A stretch of DNA of 64,000 bases from Leucoraja ocellata (lineage: Eukaryota): positions 2,418,001 through 2,482,000 of the forward strand of contig JAWMAR010000105.1 of the NCBI GenBank assembly GCA_036785375.1, given 5' to 3'. The notes under the pieces are model-generated. The model worked only from the letters and a program-made list of their open reading frames with translations. It did no database searches and was not told the origin of the DNA. Below are positions 40,507 through 50,704 of this stretch, one piece after another; position 1 is the first letter of the stretch; each line of letters begins with the position of its first letter. A program made the translations under genes and the position numbers.

Positions 40507-40717
40507 GTCAGCAATTGGAGTGGCAGTGAATGTCTCATTTACCCTGATCTAACGCATGCATTAACACATGGCCTAGGACAGCATTCAGCATATTGGATGC
40601 CTTTTGAACTGCTTTTAAGAAATCAATGAAACCTGATTTCAGTAGCTTGGTAGGATACCAAAATGCATGGGTTAGATCAGGGTAAATTAGACATTCACTG
40701 TCACTCCAATTGCTGAC
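40507..40717. mobile_element. Palindromic element (MITE-like): 56-bp inverted arms, 99-bp spacer
   Basis: 40507-40562 vs reverse complement of 40662-40717: 3 mismatches in 56 bp. Confidence 0.75.
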
Positions 40718-41619
40718 TTTGAATTAAGCACATTACTGAGAACCAGGTGTCACTTAAGTGGTGCAATGTCAGGTCTAGGTTAAATGTAAGAGCTTCTTTC
40801 TTACAGTATTAGGACCAGGCTGTCAAGGTGTGTGGTACAATTCCTTATTCCAAGCACTGGAGCAAATAAGAAGGTAATTGAGAAATTTGGGACTTTGTTG
40901 ATCTGAGACGGATTCTTTTTTTTCCCCCCTTTCTGATTGGCTGAATGGATCAGGAATTCCCCAAACCGGTCTGGCCTTTTCCCCCTTCTGGGGAATTGCA
41001 ATGTTTTTGGTGGGGATGGTGGCAAGCATATGTAAATGGGGATGATATGGGGTAGGTTGGAAGTACCAGTTTTAATTCTGTCACATTACATTTGAACAAC
41101 CTATAACATTCCAGGCCCAGCAACAGCAAATGAGGCCAGTGCACTTTGGGAGCCTTCCTCATTGAGCATCCGTAGGTATGAACTTTGCACATAACATCAC
41201 AGGGTTGTGCATCTTTTGCACTTCATATTATATATCATCTTTTCTACATTTGTCCAATTGGGCTCGGGGCTATATGTTGCTTGCAACGTGGCCTTTTTGT
41301 TCTTGACAAGTTCCCCCAAGCAGCAGAGTACAAATTATCAAGTTTAAATGGTGCTGCTGGAGGGATAAGTATCAAGAATGCAAGGATAATTCTATTCATG
41401 GGATCTCGGTTAAACATCTGATGGTCAGTGCTGCACTCATAATCATCAAGGTGTCTGCTAGATAGATGCAGGATGGCACCCACTCAAGGCAACTCTCTGT
41501 ATGCTGGTCCCAGAAGTGGATCTGCAATCATTCATTACAATAGCTCCACTCTTTGAAAGCTCTACTCCAAGAACAGAATGTCTTACTCTAACTATGCTCC
41601 AAATGATATTCCCATTGTC

Positions 41620-41733
41620 CTGCACACAGGATTGTAATCATGTGTATAGTCTTTCTACTGAATGGATAGCACGCAACAAAAAGCTCTTCACTGTACCTCG
41701 GTACATGTGCAAATAAACTAAATTAAAACTGAA
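41620..41733 (+). mobile_element. Rex1-like LINE 3' tail
   Basis: ggatagcacgcaacaaaaagctcttcactgtacctcggtacatgtgcaaataaactaaa, homologous to 27150-27220 reversed. Confidence 0.6.
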
Positions 41734-42053
41734 GTGCTGACGGGCACAGTGAAGACTACTTGTTATTTCTGTGGTATTAATTTTTTTAATTCTGTACAGC
41801 CATGAACTGAAACCACAATCATTCTGCATGATCTCCCACCTTCATTCAATGAAACTCCTGTGTTACTCATTGACATGCTTACGTAACCTGATCTGACTGT
41901 TTTTGCACTATAAAAAGAGCATTGTACTCGCTGCCAGATATGTTGAAATGTTTGCACCTAACTATTTCTAAGTTGTTTTGAGTGTATCACTCTTAGTAAT
42001 CCAATGGAGTATTAGCCTATAAAATAACACCTATTGGTCTATGGATGATAGTT

Positions 42054-42946
42054 GTGCAGGAAGGAACTGCAGATGCTGGTTTATACCGACGATAGATGCA
42101 AAATGCTGGAGTAACTCAGCTGATCAGGCAGCATCACTGGAGAGAAGGAATGTGTGATGTTTCTGGTCGAGACCCTTCTTCGGAATCTGAAGTCTGCATG
42201 TCTTTCAGAGTCTAGAACAGGGGTGGGGAACCTTTTCATGTTGGAATGCCGCATTAAGCTAGCTGTAATCTAATAAGCCCGCAGCCAAGAAACTTAAATT
42301 AGATATACTTCAAAATGTACATTATTTGGTAAACAAGTCTAACTACTATGTACTAACTTCAAGAAAATGAAAAAAAATTGTTAATTCTAACGTTAATTAA
42401 CCTTTTAATGACTTTGTTGTGACTGCTCTTTGTGGGAAAACATTTGAATATTTGGTTGCAACATGGAGGTACGCAGTTTCAGCTGATCTTCTAGATGAGT
42501 GTCTGTCATTTGTGACCTTAAGGGCGTCCTGATTTGGGTTGGGTAGGAGAATGTAGATTTGCAGCAATAAGCGGTTGAAAAGCAAGAAAGCATTTTCCGT
42601 GCATGTCAAAGTTAACGTACATTCTAGAGTGAGCATAACAGGTGTTAAAATAGCCCTCATGACTTACTAATGTTTGAATTAGTTGAATCTTCTTTTACGA
42701 TTAAAATAAAAATAATAAAAGATGAACAAAAACATATTAATAAAAATAAAAGGATTTGTTCCACAAAATTTGGATTCCTTCAAAAGGCCGCACTTAATGG
42801 CCTAGAAGGCCGCATGTGGCCTTAAGGCCGCAGGCTCCCCACCCCTGGTCTAGAGTCTGATGAAGGGTCTCAACCCAAAATGTCACCCATTCCTTCTATC
42901 CAGGGATGCTGCCTGTCCTACCTACTGAGTTACTCCAGCATTTTGT
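42054..42946. mobile_element. Inverted PLE terminal-repeat pair split by a hAT insertion
   Basis: Antisense arm 42054-42185, sense arm 42855-42946; TSD gtctatggat(g/a)atagtt at 42037-42053 / 42947-42963. Confidence 0.8.
42218..42847. mobile_element. Non-autonomous hAT-Charlie DNA transposon
   Basis: 16-bp TIRs caggggtggggaacct / aggctccccacccctg (1 mismatch); 8-bp TSD gtctagaa / gtctagag fitting the Charlie NTCTAGAN target; subterminal ggccgca repeats. Confidence 0.9.
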
Positions 42947-44386
42947 GTCTATGGATAATAGTTTCTGTGTGGATACTTTCACCCCTTTTATTTAAGGGAC
43001 TAACTGCTGCTGGAGTACTGCAATAATTTGTGATATTCAACATGGAACAATATCAAATTTGGGTAATGAGTCAGTACCAACTATAAACCATCCATCCATT
43101 CCAAACCCTTGCCTGTTCAGCCCCATTTCTATCCACTTCTCCTGCCCTCATGCTTGATGTGGTGGAATATAGTGGTAACTCCAAGCACCAACTCCCAAGG
43201 TCGTGGTGGACGGTGTGTTGGATCTGAGGATCTTTTACCATCCTAAATACCAGAGGATGGGGCTTGTTTGACTGCAGTCGCTATGGGGTGACTGGAAGAT
43301 GCACCACAGCTTGATAACGGGGCCCAATCAGTTAGGATCAATTTGGGATGGGCAATTGGAGTACCATGCAAGATTTGTGCCAATGTCAAATAGAGATTCC
43401 AGTTATATAGATGTTTTCATCATGGTACAAATAAGGGAGGAGCTGAAAGAGGGATAAAGCCTGATGGCTATTTTTGTGCTTGAATGGGATTTGAATTTTC
43501 TAACCTGAACAAATTGAGTCTCAACTGACCAAGAAATGAAAAATTATTGAAATGATACATTTTTATGCAGCATTAAATTTTCAATGCTGAATAGAAAGTG
43601 TTTAATTTTGCACATGTATATTCCAGATTAATGACAACACACTTCCACTCAAGGGTCTCAATTTTCAACCACTCTGTTGGTAATTTTGTAATCCAAGAAA
43701 ATTGTTTTCTCTTCCAAGAAAAATGAGCGTATTGTGGTTGCCTTTAACTAGATGTTTTAATATGAAATGCATGGAACCTGGTGTTTTTCCTGTCCTGCAG
43801 TGTAGTCAGTCAGAAGGGCCATGATGTGATGACTGAATAAAAGCTGCTCTAAAGAGATTCATTGCGATTTAAATCGTCTCTTGCAGTGCTGTCAATAAAT
43901 AATATCCTATTATGTCATCAATGAACTGCAGCATGGGAAGAGGTCACTTTGTGCATTTCAAGTACTAAATCTGATGTAACATGAATTTTAATTTTTTACT
44001 ATGATGTTGAAAAGCTACTTTATGAAATGTTACTAATCGCATCTGAGAGTAATGTTAGATCTAAATGCATGCTTCAGTCAGCTGAGCAGTTCAAATTCTG
44101 GAATTTACAGCAGCAGTAGACAGTTTAATGATATGAACAGAAATCAAATGACATTTATCTTCCCCTCAAATTGTCAGCTATTGCTTTAGCAAATCAGACC
44201 ATAAAATAATTCAGCCATGTTCTTTAGTGGTCTGGCAGAGTATTAGTTGCAACAATTATCTGACACTCAAATTAACAACAAGTTATCAACAACTTCAACC
44301 ATTTCAAGAATTTTTAGCCGAAGGATCTGAAACATAATGGGTGGTTTTGCACCGGGATAGACTGGCTGTCGGGCACCAGTTGAAGT

Positions 44387-44568
44387 GTACACAAAAAAGC
44401 TGGAGAAACTCAGCGGGTGCAGCAGCATCTATGGAGCGAAGGAAATAGGCAACGTTTCGGCCCGAAACGTTGCCTATTTCCTTCGCTCCATAGATGCTGC
44501 TGCACCTGCTGAGTTTCTCCAGCTTTTTTGTGTACCTTCGATTTTCCAGCATCTGCAGTTCCTTCTTA
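44387..44568. mobile_element. Young palindromic PLE terminal-repeat insertion
   Basis: 74-bp arms (44387-44460 / 44462-44535), 1-nt centre, 1 mismatch; 15-bp TSD accagttgaagtgta (44375-44389 / 44569-44583). Confidence 0.92.
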
Positions 44569-45365
44569 ACCAGTTGAAGTGTAATTGATTGTGAGATGAG
44601 GTACTGAAGAGGGAAGGAGCAGCGACTAGTGATCCCAAACGCAGTATATTTCTTAAATACCTCAATCTGCTTTTAGTGTGCAATCTAAATTTTGCTTGCT
44701 TGCATTAGGGAGCTCTTCCTCTAATTAAAGTAGTACTATGGCTGTGTGTATTTGGGGGTAGTTGGAAGAGGGGTGATAAGAGAATGTAACTGGACCTGAA
44801 ACTTGGACATTTATGTGTCCTTTATACAAATGTTTTCCATGAAGATGTGACCATCCCTAGGTATTTTCCAGTGTATTTTGGATGGTAGTGTATCCTGCAA
44901 TATTGTATTCATTTTACTGAGAACAAATATTTCTGACTCTCCTGGAATCTAAATTGAACATAAAAGAAAGATTTGGAAGATGAATCTGTCTTTTGCTCCC
45001 TCGGTATTACAATTCTCTATGGGTTTTACCAAGATAAGTGATTCTCCCCTTTTGATCATTCAATATATCTATATCGATAAAATGAACTTAATGCAATGCC
45101 AAATTTAAACTTCACGCTAAGCTAATACTTTAAGTTCTTAATATAAACCCAACAAACAACCCTACTACAACCAAATCTCTGCCACATTCTGGCTAGGTTT
45201 TAAGGAGAGTTCTAACACCAGCTAAATCTGGTGGAAATATTTATTCTCTCCGATTAGGACGTGAGATAAGTGCTGAATGCTTTTGTTTTGATTTGATTTC
45301 CTTTTTAAATGAAAAGCTCAAATGTTACTTCAGAAATCTAACCAAACATTTGCATCTTTCTGCAG

Positions 45366-46213
45366 CTGAAGGTGACTGTGGGGCGTTTGGAACCAATTCT
45401 CTCCTACGCAAGAAGAAAGGTCTCCATGTGCTGCGACCTGTCTATCACAAGTCAAAGCCTCACATCTTGATTGGAATGCCGCAGGATTTCCGACAGATCT
45501 CTTCCATTATTGACGTGGACATCCTTCCAGAAACTCACCGCAGAGTCCGTCTTCACAAACACGGCTCTGACAAACCACTTGGATTCTACATTCGCGACGG
45601 GGTGAGTGTACGGGTGGCCCCTCAAGGAGTGGAAAAGGTCCCAGGTATCTTCATCTCCAGGCTTGTCCGAGGTGGCTTGGCGGAGAGCACTGGCCTGCTT
45701 GCGGTGAACGATGAAATACTCGAGGTCAATGGGATTGACGTCGCCGAGAAGTCACTGGACCAAGTGACCGACATGATGGTAGCGAACAGTCATAATCTGA
45801 TCATTACCGTGAAGCCAGCAAATCAACGCAATAATGTCATTCGCAGCAGCAGGGCCTCTGGCAGTTCTGGTGTTTCCACGGACAGCAGTCCAAGCCAGCA
45901 CAATGTCATAGCTACTTCACACTATGCCAACCACTACAGTGCAGCTGAAGGAGAGAGTGAAGACGAAGGCGATCTAATAATTGAAAACGACATGCCATCA
46001 TACATTCCAAAAACAATGTTCCCAAACTATGTGAATGGAGATCTTACAAAAAAGCTGCAGCATAACCTCTCCCTAAACAGCCCACTGTTAGACAGCAAAG
46101 AAAACAAATATAAAGGGTCCTTAAACTCTTTGAACATACATAGTGACAGTCCCAGCAAAATAAGTTCAGGCCATGGAAACATGCGAGAAGATGGAACAAT
46201 GATAACACTATAG
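45366..46213 (+). CDS. pard6a: Last coding exon of Par-6 family cell polarity regulator alpha (pseudo-CRIB, PDZ, C-terminal tail)
   Basis: ORF 45293-46213 contains [44 protein letters not shown]...[30 protein letters not shown]...[47 protein letters not shown] and MMVANS match the alpha paralogue. Acceptor 'tttgcatctttctgcag|ctgaa' at 45365/45366 (phase 1). The first ~24 aa of the ORF track are intronic. Confidence 0.93.
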
Positions 46214-47450
46214 ACAATTTTCCTTTATAATCACTTTTATATAACATTTCCAAGTCCTTTGTGGTTAAACCTGACTTAAGCCTTGTTAAGGAGGTTGGAA
46301 TCCAATCAATTTTTACAAGAATATTTGACGCCGATGGTGAATCTGGAGGTTAGAAGTATTTATGAAAGAAAAATCGTAATCGCTTTTATGAAGGATCTTT
46401 GACGAAGAATTGTGCGTATTCGCATCATGTTTCATTTTCGATGGCAATTAAATGTCCAAGATTCTGTTTAGAAGCCAACCTCTCGAACTGCTTCCTGTTT
46501 AATAAAACTGGAATGCATCATATTATGGAGCAGCATTTGAGCAGATGTTACCTGCAATTGGAGACAAATGTATCTTGTGAAATTGCAATACAAGCGTTTT
46601 TAAAAATGCGGGTTCACTATCTTCATATCATGGAACCTGTGCATTTGCATCAGTGACCTCATTGTTACAAATGTAAACTTACAAACTACTTATTCAGCAT
46701 TATTTACATTTATCCAATTTGAGAGCAGGTGTCCCCTTTTTCCTATGGAAAACAATTATGAAACTGATTAAACGTGGACAGGATCTTCAGTGGAGCATAA
46801 ACCTTTCGTGAAGTAGCTGCTCTGCTCCCTAAAAGGATATTTGAGAGCTTTGCAATTTTAAACTTGTGGATTTCCTGCTGTAAGGCAGATTCTTCCTTGG
46901 TGGTATGAGGGTTTCCTGTATTGTATTTTTTTAACCTACCTGTATCTTAAATTTTAAGAAACCCTGCTGGCTTCAGTACCTTTTAAAACCATGCTGCTTG
47001 ACATATTATTTCTGTATTGCACACATTTTGTACTTTCCTCTCCTTAAACAGAGCACTGTTCGACACTGAGATAAGTAACCATCAATAATACTCCAACTAC
47101 TGTGTACATTAAATGACAAAGAGCACTTTTTAAATTGGAATACTTTCAGAAAAAGATCAGTGTAGTTACGTCCAAGGATAATTTTTCTCTACAGCGTACC
47201 ATAAATTAATTAATAATAAAGCTTCTGATTTTTAATCTTTCATTAAATGGATATTCTCACTGACAAACCTAGGGCACACAAGGCAGCATTGTCATCTAAA
47301 GAGCTTCACAATGTCTGTATTTGGGGTTTAAATTCTATGGAAACACTTGGGAATGAATTTGAAGACATTTCACTTTTTATCCACATAAATATCGTGACAA
47401 TTTTGTTGTTGAGGTTTTGGGGTAGTCTAAACTTGACAAACATGTTGGTA

Positions 47451-47665
47451 ATTAGAAGATAGGCACAAAGTGCTGGAGTAACTCAACGGGTCAGGCAGCA
47501 TCTCTGGAGGAAAAAGGATGCATAATGTTTTGGAAATCTGCAGAAGGGTCCCAACCAGAAACGTCACCCGTCCTTTTTCTCCAGAGATGCTGCCTGATCC
47601 GTTGAGTTATTCCAGCACTTTGTGTCTATCTTTGGTATGAACCAGCATTTGCAGTTCTTTTCTAC
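47451..47665. mobile_element. Fold-back PLE terminal-repeat pair in the putative 3'UTR
   Basis: Arms 47456-47520 / 47569-47632; TSD acatgttggta / acaggttggta (47440-47450 / 47666-47676). Confidence 0.85.
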
Positions 47666-48631
47666 ACAGGTTGGTAGTTTAGTATCGGCACGTTCATTTC
47701 CAGCAGAACTGGATGCACTTTGTTAGAGTATAATTGTGCAACTTTACTAATCATTTAAAAATAGTAGAAAATTAAGTATGAGCTCCTTGTATGGACCCTG
47801 TAGGTGATCTTGGTAACCTGGAGCCTTTAACAATTAAAATGGAGAGCACATTGTCAAGACACAGCAATTAATTTTAGTCTTGTCCACCCTGTCAGTTTCG
47901 AGGCCTAATCCATTACTTTAAACCTAGAGTCTGATCATTGTTGACTGCTGGATTCCCAACAATAATCAAAATGTACCTCTCTGCACACTTAAAGTATTAA
48001 GCACAATGACTGCAGTTTTCATAAGCTTCCTGTAGAATGAGCAGCTTTTATTTTCCATCAAAATAAAACTGGGATTGCCAAAATCTTTGATATAACATTT
48101 CCTCTACTTAGTAGTTCTTAAGTGAGGATGAAAACCACTATGGAAATGCTTCCGGTAATTGTAAATTGTCATCTAAATGTTATAGGGCTATAGCAGTCAA
48201 CCATAGTTGTAGGCAAAATGTGATTGATTTTTATTTTTTGGATCATTTTTTGTAATTATTTCTGCTGCACATCACTACATTTAAAGGTTTTTTTGTGGTA
48301 GTTCTGAGCCAGCAGGGTTCCATGGTGGGGTGTGACTTTGCTGAATTTCTTTTAGAACATGTACGTATTTTTTGATTTGTTATGCATCAAATCTGTTTAG
48401 TAAAGAGATGAGAGCAATTTTATCTAACTGGGGATATTTTGTAATTTTTTAATGAAATGAGGGCAGTATTTTTCTTACTTTTTTGTATTTGACCCCACTC
48501 AATCCTTGGTCTCTATTTGACTTCCCATAACCTATACTACCTTGTATTTATCTTATTTAACAGATGAGCAGTCGTGAAGATTGAGATTGCAGAACATTGT
48601 GAATGTTCCATAGATGTACGTTGATTATTCA

Positions 48632-48637
48632 AATAAA
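48632..48637 (+). terminator. Candidate distal polyadenylation signal AATAAA
   Basis: AATAAA with CA about 15 nt downstream and a GU/U-rich element at 48658-48670. Confidence 0.45.
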
Positions 48638-48850
48638 AGTTCTAACATGCACCAAAATGTGTTTTCTTTAACATCTTTATAACTCTGTGTATACTGTAGT
48701 ATCTGTGATGGACTAAAAAATCCAGTGTACTTCACAGAATGACATATGGAGTGTTACTGAGCTCAGAACATGGCTGGAAGATTAGGTTTGAAGACTGGCG
48801 ACCAATGGAGAATTAAAGGATCTTCGGGTTGAAGTTCCAAAGAGTATCTA

Positions 48851-48942
48851 AGATGCATGGACCATTACAGTTCCCAGATGCATGGACCATTACAGTTCCC
48901 AGATGCTTGGACCACTACAGTTCCCAGATGCTTGGACCATTA
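48851..48942 (+). repeat. 25-bp minisatellite, ~3.7 copies
   Basis: agatgc(a/t)tggacca(t/c)tacagttccc repeated head-to-tail. Confidence 0.95.
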
Positions 48943-49092
48943 TCTTATTAATAAAATGAAGGGTATGCATTTGATTTAAGAGACTGGAATGTTTGCAGTA
49001 CTAAAAGTTGAACCCATTGATTTAAAGATGGGATGAAAGCTTTAAATTGGAGGCATTCAGTGCTGGGGAACTACTACCCAGCAAGGACCAAT

Positions 49093-49270
49093 GGGGCTCC
49101 TCGTGGTGCAGCAGTCCAACTGTTCTAACAACATTGATTTTGAACTCTGCTCTCTGTATGGAGTTTGCATGATCTCCCCTGATTGCAAAAGTTTCCCTCA
49201 ATTGTTTAGTGGTTTCTCTGACACCCCGAAGACATGCAAGTTGGCAGATTCATTAGCTGCTGTAAATTAC
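49093..49270 (+). mobile_element. Degenerate V-SINE fragment
   Basis: ggtgcagcag...ctgtatggagtttgcatgatctcccc...ccccgaagacatgc. Confidence 0.5.
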
Positions 49271-49540
49271 AATTATAACTTTTCCTCATGGTTCGTGATG
49301 AATGGGTGGTGGAAGAAACTTGTTAGTTGGTGGTGGCCAATTGTGAGAGAATATTTTACAAGGGATTGCCCTGAGAACCAACTTAGACTCTGAGTCAATT
49401 GGTTTAATGTCATGAGGAAGAATGGATAACAAAGACCAATGGAAAATGTGGTACAAGATTTTAGCAGCAAACAAGTATTTGGAGAATGGGTTCTGTCAAG
49501 CATTCAAGTGACAAATCTGAACACAACCATTCAAATCAGT

Positions 49541-49632
49541 GATGGACACAAAGCAGGTGTAAATCAGTGGGTCGGGCAACATCTCTGGAGAAAAGGAATA
49601 GGTGATGTTGCGGGTCGAGACCCTTCAGACTG
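49541..49632 (-). mobile_element. PLE terminal repeat
   Basis: gatggacacaaagc...ctctggagaaaaggaataggtgatgttgcgggtcgagacccttcagactga. Confidence 0.7.
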
Positions 49633-50704
49633 AGAGGCTGAGGACTCGACAGGCTGGTGAGGTAAAAGCACAATGTTGATGTGAGATATGAATACCAACT
49701 TTAGCTTGGTCAAATGCTAAACAATCCGCTTTGGTTAGATTGGCACAGCAGCAGAGTAAGCCACTTGGTACATTTCAATTACCTATCCACTGGAATTGGG
49801 AAGAAAGTTGCTACCAATCTAAACGGTTTACCTGACTTCAAAGATCACAGCCAGCACCAATTAACCAGATTTGATACTGGACATAATCTTGTCAATTGAG
49901 CCCAGTTGCCAAGTTATTTGTACGGTTTTTATTCTACAGTGTAATTACTGACCAACCTTTATTTTCATTTGGGGAAGTAAAAGCAGAATGGGCTAAAATG
50001 TGGGGATGGTTGACCAAAACCTGTGTGATTTATTAATTGTTGTGATTCTTTTGCATGGGCAAATGTGGCTTTGTACAGACGGGAAAAAACAATGATCTCA
50101 TTGGGGAACTGGACTGGAGCTTAATACATATAACATTTGTTGATCTAGCTCTGCTAAACTGGATAATCCCCCTGACCCAGTTTGCCCAGTGAATAAATGC
50201 TCAGACAAGTTACAGTTTGATTTAAAAGATTAAAATATTGGCTGTCGTTTCATGTTCATTGTGTCTATATACCTTTATCACTGGCTTCCTTTGCCATCTT
50301 TACACCATTCTCTCTGGTGCTGTCATCAATATGTTGCTGCCTGGCAATATTTCTTCTGTTCACTCTGCATTAAGTTTGCAATCCCATGATGTTGTAGCTT
50401 CACACAACTTGTCTCGCCCTGCTTGGTGTAATACCAATACCACAGCATGTCTTCTATGCATTGATAGTGTCCTTCACTGTTGGTTCACTGTATCCTGTTG
50501 TCTTCACTCTGTGCTATTTGGCATATATTGGACACTTGAAATTAAAAGCTGATGCTGGAGAGACTGTGCATGTCAGCAGTCATCTACGGAGGGAAGCTGT
50601 TTCAAAGATGCTGTCAATCCTGCTGAGTACTTCCAGCAGCTCTGTTTTTTTTTTTGCTGATTGATTGTTGGAAGTTTAGACTCTGAGGTATGTCTTTTTC
50701 TATG

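Larger units (their letters stand above)
1..45365 (+). other. pard6a: Probable large intron of pard6a preceding the last exon
   Basis: No PB1-domain exon (FxAEFRRF...GDLLPxxND) seen upstream in the window; the region is non-coding/TE sequence ending in a polypyrimidine-CAG acceptor. Confidence 0.65.
46214..48660 (+). other. pard6a: Putative pard6a 3'UTR
   Basis: AU-rich sequence after the TAG; AATAAA at 46501, ~47215, 48062 and 48632. The last is followed by a GT/T-rich tract (tgtgttttcttt). The true end is not provable from sequence. Confidence 0.5.

Noticed and set aside
45293-45365. N-terminal part of the 306-aa ORF as a real protein start
   Set aside because: Starts at TTG, lacks the PB1 domain and runs through a polypyrimidine tract and CAG acceptor; it is intronic read-through.
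48851-48942. CRISPR-like array
   Set aside because: Units are contiguous with no unique spacers, there are no cas genes, and the context is vertebrate.
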